Part shown: positions 48,850 to 59,921 of the stretch, one piece after another
Layout of the letters: each line of letters starts with the position of its first letter
Numbering within the stretch: position 1 is the stretch's first letter
NCBI RefSeq assembly: GCF_018350175.1
Contig: NC_058383.1
Span: 19,780,001 to 19,844,000 of the forward strand
Length of the DNA stretch: 64,000 bases
Source: Felis catus
Taxonomy: Eukaryota
Direction: 5' to 3'
Notes under the pieces: generated by a model
Told to the model about the DNA's origin: nothing
Database searches by the model: none
The model's input: only the letters and a program-made list of their open reading frames with translations
Made by a program: the position numbers and the translations under genes

Positions 48850-50668
48850 TCGGGGATCCTTGAATGACAATTTTAGAGTCTGGTCCTCAAGATAAAGTCT
48901 CCATTTCTAGAGTGATCTAGCCCTGCCTCACTTCTGGCTCTGTTCTATTCTTTGCTGCAACCTTAACTAGCTCCTTGCCCGTCCTAGACTCCATGCGCTC
49001 TGACATTCCCGGGTCTTTGTGTATGCTGTTCCCTTTGGCTGGAAGACCTTTCCTCCCCTTGCCCACACGGAAAGTTGTCCCACATCTTGACGCCCCACTA
49101 GTTAGGCATCATTTTACAATTGCTTGTGAGAGCGGACTTGATCTGTCTTGACGATGCTTAGTACAGAGATGGGTACAGATTAGGGACTAAATATATTGAG
49201 TAAAGAAGTTTAATTTTTCCTTTATTACAAAAATTAGGTATGTCTGCCCCCAGATGCCTGCTCCTTCCCCCGCCCTCTGCTTCCTCTGCCATTCCTGTCC
49301 TTCCTCTTCAAGTCCTCCTTACCCTTTCTTTTCTACCTGCCCCCTCCCAACCTCCCCCTACCCACCCTCCTTGCCCTTCAGGTTCTCTCTGTCTGTCTCT
49401 GTCTCTATCTTGGAATCCCTCGCGTTGCTATTGTAGCTCAGACATCCCTCTCTTGGCTGGACCCAGCCAGCAGAGCCGGGGGCTCCTCTGAGGGCCGTGG
49501 AATATGCACAGACTGGATCTCCTGGAAGAGAAGAGTAGTCTGGCAAGGTCTTAGAGAGTAGGGGTGAGGATGGCACTCTGGTGCGCAGGGAGCTCCCTTC
49601 CTGGAGAATCCCTGGGTTCCTTCTTAAACATGCCGAGTCCCTTCGGAGCCCCACACTGGCAGAGTGATGCAGAGAATGTACCTCGCCCCTTTGAGACTCC
49701 ATTGCCCGTTACCGAAAGAGGGTGATAATAACCCGGGGGCAGGACTGCGGGAAAAGACGAAATGAGCAAACGTGTGAAAATGCTGTGTGTGGGACCCAGC
49801 CATAGTAGGTGCTCAATAAATGCAGGCTTCCTATCTCTGTCTACTGCCTTTGAAAACAACAAAAAGCCTTTTTTTTTTTTCCCCCAGTGACAGTGTTAGA
49901 GGGGAAAGTGAGAAATCTGGGTCGTAGTCTGTGCTCCAGCATGATGGACTGTGGGCACATCTCATCTCTCTGAACCTCCATTTTCTTATCTGTGATGGAA
50001 GGATGACTAATAATAAGGCTCACGACCTCACAGTTGTTGGGAAAGGACTGAATGGAATGCGCTAGCATTTGAGTGACAGATGATCATGGCACGTGGCCAG
50101 CGACAATAACAGCGTTCAGTGGGCACCAGGCGTGGCCATGTAGATCTGGTCTCCCATTTATTTCCAGGTCGCCAGCAAGAACTTTTCCCCTGACTTGGGG
50201 CATCAGTAAGGCAGAGTGCTTTCACTTCTCTGACCGGTGGCTTCGACGTGCACCTGCATTATCAGCAGGACATTTATAACATTTCTCTCCAGGGTTTTTC
50301 CCCCTGCCTTGCCCCCCTGCCCTGACCCTGAATGATCCCTGAACCCCAGAGCATTTCTTGGTTCCAGAGGGAATGTGTCCGCCTCCAGTGCAGACACAAA
50401 CAAGAACAGGAGTCCTGCTGGCCCGCTGCCACAGTGACTTCCTCATCCCGAGGTGGCCGCTGTTCGTCTAGGTTCTGAGCAGTCTTGTGGATGCCACGAC
50501 CGGTCTCTGGCTGTGGATCGAGAGAGGATGATGCGATTTCTTTAGTGCTGCATTTGGCCAAGAGTTACATTTATTTGGCCCTCGGGTTATATCTCCGTGG
50601 CCAATTCACATACACAGTCACTTTCTGGGTATAAGTGGGACCTAGGAGCACTTTAAATATTATTATTA

Positions 50669-50780
50669 TTATTATTGTTAGTATTTAAGTAGACTTCACA
50701 CCCAGCACGGAGCCCAACGCGAGGCTTGAATTCACGACCCCGAGATCAAGACCTGAGCTGAGATCACGAGTCGGACACTT
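50669..50780 (-). mobile_element. Short-type Can-SINE, 3' part (its head is at 53067-53092)
   Basis: ttaagtagacttcacacccagcacggagccc...gagtcggacactt. Confidence 0.9.
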
Positions 50781-50931
50781 GGCAGACAGGGGGCAGAGAC
50801 AGAATCCCAAGCAGGCTCTGTGCTGTAAGGGCAGAGCTCGACGTGGGGGTCAAACGCACAAGCAGTGAGATCACGACCTGAGCCGAGGTCAGGAGTGGGA
50901 TGCTTGACCAACTGAGCCACCCAGGCGCCCC
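50781..50931 (-). mobile_element. Can-SINE lacking its tail (cut by the 5' end of the retrocopy)
   Basis: Begins abruptly in the (GA)n region and ends ccaggcgcccc. Confidence 0.9.
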
Positions 50932-51021
50932 CAGGAAGTGAAATTTTAAAAAAGGAGAGGCAGAAATCCAACTCAAGCTACTAGAAGCTAAAAGGAGGCC
51001 GTGTTGCCTTATACGGTTGGG

Positions 51022-51429
51022 AAGGGGGCTGAACTGTGTTTCTCCAAACAACAGTTTGGGCTTCTCCATTGAAGCCCTAATGTCCAGTGCCTCAGAATGT
51101 GACTGTATGTGGAGAGAGAGCCTTTAAGGAAGTGAAGTGAAAGAGGCCATCAGGGTGGGCCCTGAGCCAATCTGAGTGGAGTCCTTATAAGAGGAAATTC
51201 AGACACAGAGAGACAACAGGGATGGGCACACACTGAGAAAAGATCACGTGAAGACGCAGCGAGAAGGCGGCCATCTGCAAGCCAAGGAGAGAGGCCTCAG
51301 AAGAAACCACACTTGCCAGCATCTTGATCTGCGACTTCTAGACTCCAGGACTACGAAAACCTAAATTTCTATTCTTTAGGTTACCCGGTCTGTGTTATTT
51401 TATTGTAGCAGTTCTAGCAAACTATTACA
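51022..51429 (+). mobile_element. MLT1B MaLR solo LTR
   Basis: cctcagaatgtgactgtat; gagaaggcggccatctgcaagccaaggagagaggcctcagaagaaacc; ctagcaaactattaca. Confidence 0.9.
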
Positions 51430-51472
51430 GAACATTCTGTAAAATCTGTAATATCCTTTTAAAGTATCCTAA

Positions 51473-51688
51473 GGGGCGCCTGGGTGGCTCAGTCGGTTAC
51501 GCGTCTGATTCTTGATTTCAGCTCAGGTCAGGATCTGAGAGTTCTTGGGAAGGAACCTCACGGTGAGATCGAGTCCTGCGCTGGGCTCTGCAGCGAAAGC
51601 ACAGGGCCTGCTTGGGATTTTCTCTCTCCCTCTCTCTCTGCCCCTCTTCTGCTCTCTCACTCTCCCAAAATAAATAAGCTTAAAAAAA
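51473..51688 (+). mobile_element. Can-SINE
   Basis: TSD TAAAGTATCCTAA at 51460-51472 and 51689-51701. Confidence 0.95.
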
Positions 51689-51780
51689 TAAAGTATCCTA
51701 AAATAACCATTGAGGTAAATTTATGTTGTTTTCATATTTTCACTATTATAAGCAATGTTTCAATGAACAGGAAATTGGAT

Positions 51781-52011
51781 ATTTTTGGGGGGGGCGGGGT
51801 AGGCTCTACACCCAATGTGGGGCTTGAGCTCACAACCCCAAGATCAAGAGTCACTTGCTCTACCGACTGAGCCGACCAGATGCCCCCTCTTAGACATATT
51901 TTTCATTAAGTAAGAATAGTTGAGGGGCACCAGGTGGTTAATCCAACTCTCGGTCTCAGGGTCCCAAGTTCGAGCCCCACCTTGGGCATGGAGCCTACTT
52001 AAAAAAAAAAA
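51781..52011. mobile_element. Two short-type Can-SINEs head to head (51781-51885 minus, 51924-52011 plus)
   Basis: gtaggctctacacccaatgtggggcttgagctcacaacccc; gggcatggagcctacttaaaa. Confidence 0.85.
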
Positions 52012-52548
52012 TTATAATTGGATTAATTTCCTCTATTGCACTCTGAAGAAATTTGTGTCTGCTCTCAAGGTCAAGCCTAGTGATACACTCACAAATTGTC
52101 ACTTTGGTGACATTATTTCTATTGTTCTCAAAGAACACAACTTTCTGGTAACTTCAATCTGATTATAATATGATGAAGTGAATTCATTTATTCTAGATCG
52201 GTTACATTTCACATTCCCAATGTGAGGATTAGCCCCCGTCCCCTCCACTAGATCTGAGAATTACTCTGGGCTCTTCCTTAGAGGGGAGAAGATATTCAGG
52301 TTCCCTTGATAAAAATTTGGAGAATATCCTTGTCTCGTAAGTAGTACGCTTTGCTCTGAGGGTGCTGTTTCTTGATTCTGTTCCCCACTCTTGGGGACGC
52401 ACCACCACAAAGTAGGAAATAAACATGGGTATAAATCTGAGTTAGAGGAGGAGCTGGCAACAATCCCACAGCCAGTGTAGGATATTTAACCCATCCCACT
52501 GTGACTCAGGTATTCAGGCTCCATTAGTTTCTGCCACGAGAGAGTCTT

Positions 52549-53036
52549 TGTAATACCATAATTTAAAATAAATATATATGCTTGGTCCTCACCCCTCTGA
52601 CACTGAGCTCTTAAAACCCTTGGAATTTCCTAAGTGATCGGAATGATCAAGGTGCCTTTTGTTCTGTTGATGGGTGGCCTGTGGACCACACCTCAGGATG
52701 GGAGCTGCTTACTGTGAAAACCAGCCACGGGATTACAGGGTTGGAACTTTCTTCCATCCCCTGGCCTCTGGGGAGAGGAAAGTGATGGAGGATGAATCAA
52801 TCACCAATAGCCAGTGATTTAATCAATCGTTTTATGCTATGAAGCCTCCATAAAAGCCTGAAAGGACAGGGTTCAGAGAGCATCAGAGCTGGTGAACACG
52901 TGGAGATTTGGGGAAAGTGATACCCGAGATACCCTGGGAAGCTCCAAGCCTCTTCCCTGTACTTTGCCCTGTGCATCTTTGCCATCTGGCGGTTCCTAAG
53001 TTATATCCTTTTGTAACGAACTGGTATCCGGTAAGC
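52549..53036 (+). mobile_element. MER21 LTR, cut off just after its poly(A)-signal position
   Basis: tgtaataccata...gagctcttaaaacccttggaatttcctaagtgat...tatccttttgtaacgaactggta, then an A tail; the 3' part seen in the other MER21 copy is absent. Confidence 0.9.
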
Positions 53037-53162
53037 AAAAGAAAAAAAAAAAAAAGTCGGACACTTAACCGACTGAGCCACCCAGGCACCCCTAAATATT
53101 ACTATTACCTCCTGCTTCCCCTGTGACCTAATTTACTGCGTAACTATTTGGATCTAATTATT

Positions 53163-53523
53163 GAAAAACAATTTTTTTTTTAAATGTTCATTTCCGAGAC
53201 AGAGAGCACGGGTGGGGGGAAGGGCAGAGAGACAGAGAATCACAGAATCACAGACAGAGACGCAGAAGCCGAAGCAGGCTCCAGGCTCCCAGCGGTCAAC
53301 ACAGAGCCCGACGCGGGGCTCGAACTCACGGACCGAGAGATCATGCCCTGAGCCGAAGTCGGACGCTCCACTGACGGAGCCACCCAGGCGCCCCGATGCG
53401 ACCTAATTATTATTATTATTATTTTTTAAATTTTTTTTAATGTTTACTTATTTTTGAGAGAGACAGAGACAGAATGTGAGTGGGTTAGGGGCAGAGAGAG
53501 AGGGAGACACAGAAGCAGAAGCA
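53163..53523 (-). mobile_element. Two tandem Can-SINEs (53163-53394 full length; 53413-53523 5'-truncated)
   Basis: GCGACCTAATTATTA at 53398-53412 and 53524-53538; related GATCTAATTATT at 53151-53162. Confidence 0.9.
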
Positions 53524-53854
53524 GCGACCTAATTATTAAACGGCAATTATTCCACTCTTTCCAACCTCACAGCTCTTGTGCTATCCATCTTGAAGAAAAG
53601 TGCTCGCACCTGTCTTTCTACCAAGCCTCCCTCGGTGTGTGATTACACGTTGTGATTACACAATGTCGTCTGTTCCTACTGTGCTATGTTGTAACTGACG
53701 GCACTCCCTGCTTTCAGTCAAGGGAGGAATCCACAAGTTTCATACTCTACATGACAGTCCTACTGGACCCCTAACACTGGAGCAGAGAGCACCTTGCATC
53801 ACTCACAAGGTTTTTAAAAAAGTGTGGTCTAGAGGTAACGTAGAAAGAACACAT

Positions 53855-54020
53855 GGGGGGGGCACCTGGCGGCTCAGTCGGTAGAGCGTCCGGCTTCAGC
53901 TCAGGTCATGATCTCAGGGTTCGTGAGTTCGAGCCCCACATTGGGCTCTCTGCTCCCAGCACAGAGCCCGCCTCAGAGTCTCTGTCTCCCTCTCTCTGCC
54001 CCTCCCCCAGCTCACACATG

Positions 54021-54052
<32 letters not shown>

Positions 54053-54097
54053 AATAAATAAACTTAAAATAAAAAGGGAGACATTAAAAAAAAAAAA
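53855..54097 (+). mobile_element. Can-SINE
   Basis: Full body with (CT)n tract and A tail. Confidence 0.95.
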
Positions 54098-54139
54098 GGA
54101 GTACACTTATCAGAAACAGAAACTGTAACAGAGAGAAGT

Positions 54140-54628
54140 TGTATCTGTGGTGGAAATCGGTTGCGTTTGCCTGCTTGCTCCTTCGACTCTCATGGAACCC
54201 TAATTTTCTTTTTGGGAACCACTCCTCCCCCACTCTTAGTCCACATGGTTTGGGCAAGGCCGGTCCTATCCTACGTCTGTTCTCAAAGGGTGGGAATCTG
54301 ACCCAAGTCTGGCCAGACGACTGAAACCCCCTGGCTGAAGTGACTGGTTCAAGGATCAGCACATGACCCAGGTAGGGCCGATGAAAGCCCAACCTGAGAT
54401 TTTTGCCAGAATCACGGGGAGAGAGGCACCCTCTTTCTGCTGGGAATGTCGTCTACAGAGAGAAGAGCCAAGAGATAGAGAGATTCTTGAAGATTTTTTT
54501 TGAGCGCCTTGATCCAACTGTGCCTGAAGCCCAAACTACTGATGATCTTTCAGGAGCCAGAATATACCTATTTTCTCTTTAAGTCAGTTTGAGTTGCCTG
54601 TTGATTTTTGGCTATTTGTCAGAATACA
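54140..54628 (+). mobile_element. MLT1K-like MaLR LTR
   Basis: gtgactggttcaaggatcagcacatgacccagg; tttgagcgccttgatccaactgtgcctgaagc; ttaagtcagtttgagttg. Confidence 0.75.
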
Positions 54629-54839
54629 GTACACTAATCCGTAGTGTTAGAGTGTTACATTACACTAGAGACATTACACTCAAAGACAGGCCAGCAGGCA
54701 GACAGATGATCTCTGATAATTAGGAACTTTTTCCCACCTCTTTGCAGGGCAGAGCCGCCCCACCCCTCCCTGTTGGGCCCCACCTCTCCCTGTTGGTTGC
54801 TTTGCTTGTGCCTGATGCCTCCAGGGCAGGGAGCCAGTA

Positions 54840-55200
54840 TCAGGCAGGCTGCAAATATTACAAAACGTCTGGGGAAAACGGCATTGTTCCCAATTTATGT
54901 TTTTGCTTCCTTTCCCGTCTCTTGCATTTTCGCTTTTATTTAAGGCTGTGTTCAGTGTTGTAATTACTTTTTTAATCGGTAACGTCTGTGTCTGGGGCGT
55001 GTGGCTTCCCTGCCGTTGCCGGGGTCTGGCGCTGTAAACAAACATTGACACTTTCGCTGGGAGGCTCCCGCTGAAATATTGCCCTAAATAAATAAAAGGC
55101 AAATTAGGTATTGGAAAATAACTTCAAATTACATTTGAATTCTTGGGGAATTACATATTACATCTGCATTCGGGACAGATGAGCTCACCATGAATAATAC
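54840..55200. promoter_or_regulatory. Candidate conserved non-coding element / enhancer
   Basis: GTAAACAAACA (Fox), CATTGTT (Sox), TAATTA, AATTTATG and E-boxes; repeat-free. Confidence 0.45.
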
Positions 55201-55659
55201 GTCTGGAATGAGCACTGAGAGAGGAGAGCCATGCTGGGCATTGGGAGGAGGGGGAACCGAAGCAGGTCTTTCCAGGGATACTGAGGCATAAGACAGAGGG
55301 GGCTTCCCGAGGGGCAGTCACGGAAATGGGGAGGGCGGAATGTGTGCGTCCTCAGAGACCTTGGACACGCCTGACGGATCTGCCAGAGAAATTGGGGCTC
55401 CCTGGGTGGAGAGCCACTAGGTTCACTTAACTAGGTGACTTCCCTGTGGATGCAAGGGGCTGCTGACATGACCGGGTCCCTACGATGTCCCCGTGACGTC
55501 CCTACGATGTACGTGGTTGCCAGCTTTGGTGACAGGGGCCTGGGTACCAAGGCTGGTTTTCTCACTAACGCTGCTGACCGGTGGGTGGACTTCGGTCTCC
55601 TGACTCGGTCACTGAGGCATTTCGGGGCAGGGAGGGATATATGTCTTAACAGCAAGGGC

Positions 55660-55870
55660 TTTGGCATCAGTCTGACTTGGGTTCAAATCCCTGTTCTGCC
55701 GCTTCCAACCGGGTGCCTTCGGCCAAGTCACCTACCTCGCCAGGCCTCAGTTTCTTTAGCTGTAAAATGGGGAGCATACCACTAGTAGCTTGTCTCTAAG
55801 AGCTGCTGAAGGATTAAACGTGACAGTGGATTTTGCTCGCTTAGCATGAAGTGTGCTCACCGAATGGTAA
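55660..55870 (+). mobile_element. MIR
   Basis: gacttgggttcaaatccctgttctgcc...gcctcagtttctttagctgtaaaatgggg. Confidence 0.85.
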
Positions 55871-56289
55871 CGAAAATAATTCAGTCTTGTTATCTGTACA
55901 ACCGTCTGGTGTAAGAGGACGTTAACATCGAGATTCTAATTAGGCACCGAGATAAAATGGATGTGCGCTTTCCCAGTGAGGTGTCCCTGCACCACAGGCG
56001 GACTCTTGGAAAGGTGTAGCCCAGCTCCCAACCACCCCACCTGCTTCAGAAGGAGGACAGGCTTGGGCCCTGCGGGCTCAGGGATTGGTGAGCCCGGCCT
56101 GGGTGGTTCAGCCACTCGTCCCCCCAGAGGATGCCTTCGGTGGGGAACCTGCCCTCTCGCCCCAGTGGCTGTCAACCAGCTGAACAAATTCGATGCCCAG
56201 GCCACCCTCCAGAGCAATGGAAGCAGACTCTTCTGGGGCAGGGCCTGGGCATCAGCAGTTTCTCCTTTTTTCTTCCTTTTCTCTCTCTT

Positions 56290-58085
56290 CGAACAGTGCA
56301 GTACCTTTTAGTATACTCAGAGTTGTGCATATACATCACCACCAGTTTTTCCGTTTCCTTCAGACATGATGGGCACATGGCACTGTGTGTTCATGGCATA
56401 GAATGTCATGACTTGGTCGATGTGTACTGTGCGATATCACCCCAATAGCTGTAGTTCACCCCCATCACGTCATCGAGATGCAAAAAGGAAAAGGGGAAAA
56501 ATGTTTACCACTAGTCATTTAAAGTCACCCCATTTTTGGGGTGCCTGGCTGGCTCGGTCGGGGGGCGGTGTGACCCTTGATCTTGGGGTTGTGAGTTTGA
56601 GCCCCACGTTGGGTGTAGAGATTACTTAAAAATAAAATCTTTAAGGCGCCTGGGTGGCTTGGTCGGTTGAATGTCCGACTTCAGCTCAGGTCACAATCTC
56701 ACGGTCCGTGAGTTCGAGCCCCGCGTCGGGCTCTGTGCTGACGGCTCAGAGCCTGGAGCCTGTTTCGGATTCTGTGTCTCCCTCTCTCTCTGCCCCTCCC
56801 CCGTTCATGCTCTGTCTCTCTCTGTCCCAAAAATAAATAAACGTTGAAAAACAAATAAAATCTTTAAAAGAATGTAAGTAGGGGCTCGTGGGTGGCTCAG
56901 TCGGTTAAGCATCTGACTCTTGATTTCGGCTCAGGTCGTGATCTCATGGTCATGAGATCGAGCCCTGAATGGGGCTCCAGGCTGGGCATGGAACCTGCTT
57001 AAGATTCTCTCTCCCTCTCTCTCTGCCCCTCCTCTGCTTGTGCTCCCTCCCTCCCTCTCTAAATAAATACATAAACAAATAAAATCATTTTCATTGCTGT
57101 AAAATGTCATGCATCTCTTAGCTGTCACTCCCCAGTGCTCCCCCCCGCCCCATCTTCCCCTGTCCCCCTGCCCCTAGCCACAGGCCACAAGGAAACTACC
57201 TTCTCTGTAGATTTGTCTATTCTGGCAATTTCACCTAAATGGGATCATCCAGTACGTGGTCCTTTGAGCCTGGCTTCTTTCACTGAGCATCATGTTTACA
57301 AGGTTCATAGGATGAATCAGAACTTCATTTTTTCTTTTTTTCTTTTTTTTTTTTTTTGGCTGGATAATATTTTACTATATGGATATGCCACATTTCATTT
57401 ATTCGTTGATCAGCTGACGGAAACTTGGGCTGTTTCCACTATACCCTCAGCAGCATTCCTCTATGAGATTTTGTGGGGACACATGCTTTCCTCTCTCTTG
57501 GGGACAGCCCTCAGGTGGCATAGCTGGGTCCCCTGGTGACTCGACGTTGAGCGTTTTGCAGAATGCTTCCCGAAGTGGCCTCCCTGCTCTACGTTCCTTC
57601 CGGCAGGGTGAGAGGGTCCCTATCTCGTCACATTCTCACCAGCACCTGTTACTGTCTATCTTTTGGATCCTAGCCTTCCTGGTGGGTGTGAGGTGCTCTC
57701 TGCCTGTGGTTTTGGTTTGCGTTTCCCTCATGGATAACGCTGTTGAGAATCTTTTCACGGGCTTCCTGGCCATTTGCCTACCTTCTTTGGAGAAATGTCT
57801 ATTCAGACTGTTGGCCCATTTTAAAATGGGGTTACTCGTGTTTTTATTATTGAGTTGTGAACGTTCTTTATGTATTCTAGGTACGAGTCAGACATGGAAT
57901 TGGTATTCATTTTCTCCCATTCTGCGGGTGGTCTTTTCCCTTTATTTGACAGTGTCCTTGCAAGCACAACATTTTTAATTTTGATGAAGTCCGATTCATC
58001 TGTTTTGTTGTTGTTACTGTGATTTTGGTGTCACATCTCAGATCCAAATCCAAGACCACAAAGAGTTCTCTCATGTTTCTTCAAG
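56290..58085 (-). mobile_element. Old L1 (L1MB-like) 3' region with nested insertions
   Basis: tagatttgtctattctggcaatttcacctaaatggga; ctggcttctttcactgagcatcatgtt; cttctttggagaaatgtctattcaga. Confidence 0.85.
56538..57084 (+). mobile_element. Cluster of three same-strand Can-SINEs (56538-56644, 56645-56852, 56881-57084)
   Basis: Three heads and tails; the middle copy is flanked by aaataaaatctttaa duplicated from the first copy's tail. Confidence 0.93.
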
Positions 58086-58088
58086 AAA

Positions 58089-58285
58089 GTTTTTTTTAAT
58101 GTTTATTTATTTTTGAGAGAGACAGAGTGCGAGCAGGGGAGGGGCAGAGAGAGAGGGAGACACAGACTATGAAGCAGGCTCCAGGCTCTGTGCTGTCAGC
58201 ACAGATCCTGATGTGGGGCTCGAACTCACGAACTCATGACCTGACCTGAAGTCAGACGCTCAACCGACTGAGCCACCCAGGCGCC
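58089..58285 (-). mobile_element. Can-SINE
   Basis: Antisense body. Confidence 0.93.
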
Positions 58286-58839
58286 TCTGTTACATGTGTT
58301 TTTTAAAGCTCCCTAGATGGTTCCAATGTGCAGCCAAAACTTCATGATGATGTCAACAGCAAACATGGCTTCAGCGATTTTATGCCACGTTCTGGTTTAT
58401 CTCAGTTATTCCTTATAATAATCCCAAGGGCTGCAGGACCCAGGGGCTTTTTATAGGTGAGGAAGCTGGGGTTCCCTTGGCACACAGACAGCAAGTGGGA
58501 GAGCTCAGATCTCGACTGCAGGCCGTGACTCCACAGCCTTGCCTCTTAACGCTCTGCGTTAGGTTCCTCACCTTTCCGAGCACAAGCCTGTCAAATCGCC
58601 CGTAAGTCATGGTGCACGCACTTCCCTTTGCCTGGAACCCTCCCTTCCGCCCCCATCTCCATTTTAGCATTTGGTAACTTTGCTCTTAACTTTTCGATCG
58701 TCTGCTTGGTGGCACCTCCTTTCAATGGCTTTCCCTGAGTCTCTTCTTATCACTCTCAGCAGGAATTAAGCTGGCATTCCTGTCCTGGGCTCTCGGTGCT
58801 GTGGGGCCTGCCTCTCATACAGCATGTATCCTCTATTAC

Positions 58840-59345
58840 GATCAGCAGCGTGGCCACTTTAAAACACTCATCCCTCTGCGTGAATCGTGGCTGGCTTGCG
58901 GGGCAAATGACAGTCCGTGGCTTCCAAGGCTGAGTCAACCGTGGCCATGCAGCTTCTGCTGGGATCACTAGAACAATTGCTCCTGGAGCCCTGAGCCCCC
59001 TTGTAGGAAGTCCAGTGACCCTGCGACTGCCCTGCTGGAGAGGCCACTTGTTAAGGACTCTGGTTGACAGTCTCAGCTAAGCCTGTTCTTCAACCCTCCC
59101 AGCAAGGGCACCAGAGCTGGGAGTGAAGAAGCCAACGTGGAAGTGGATCCTTCTGCCCCCATCATTCGGGTTGTCCCCAATGAGGCCTCAGATGTCAGGG
59201 AGCAGAGAAGATCCCTCCATCCCTCCATCCCTCCATCCACTCTTTCCAAATTCCTGACCCACAGAATCCGTCAGCGTACTTGTTCTCGTTTTCCGCCTCT
59301 GAGTTTCTGAGTGGTAAACTGCGCTGCAGTAGACAACCCCAGCAA
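58840..59345 (+). mobile_element. MLT1G/F-like MaLR LTR inserted in an L2
   Basis: ggccatgcagcttctg; gctcctggagccctgagc; ccaaattcctgacccacagaatccgt. Confidence 0.75.
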
Positions 59346-59452
59346 CTGGCTTGTGTGTCTGTTTTCTTCCGCTAGAACATGAACTCTCTGAAGTCAAGGT
59401 ATTCATCTTTCTATGACTCGTTCCCAGTACACGGCCGACTCAGGATAGGTGC

Positions 59453-59690
59453 TTTTTTTTTTTTTTTTTAACATTTTTATTTATTTCTTTTTGAGACAGG
59501 GAGAGACAGAGCATGAACAGGGGAGGGTCAGAGAGAGGGAGACACAGAATCTGAAACAGGCTCCAGGCTCTGAGCTGTCTGTCAGCACAGAGCCTGACGC
59601 GGGGTTCGAACTCACGGACTGCGAGATCATGACCTGAGCCGAAGTTGGATGCTCAACCGACTGAGCCACCCAGGCGCCCCAGGATAGGTG

Positions 59691-59727
<37 letters not shown>

Positions 59728-59921
59728 ATTTATTTTTGGGACAGAGAAAGACAGAGCATGAACGGGGGAGGGGCAGAGAGAGAGGGAGACACAGAATCGG
59801 AAACAGGCTCCAGGCTCTGAGCCATCAGCCCAGACCCGACGCGGGGCTCGAACTCACGGACCGCGAGATCGTGACCTGGCTGAAGTCGGACGCTTAACCG
59901 ACTGCGCCACCCAGGCGCCCC
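59453..59921 (-). mobile_element. Two tandem Can-SINEs (59453-59680 and 59692-59921)
   Basis: GGATAGGTGCTTTTT at 59443 and 59682; GGATAGCTGCTTTTT at 59922. Confidence 0.96.

Larger units (their letters stand above)
50781..53054 (+). other. Retrotransposed non-coding polyadenylated RNA segment (retrocopy or orphan transduction)
   Basis: 12-bp TSD AGTCGGACACTT at 50769-50780 and 53055-53066; A tail 53037-53055; splits a SINE whose halves rejoin in register. Confidence 0.85.
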
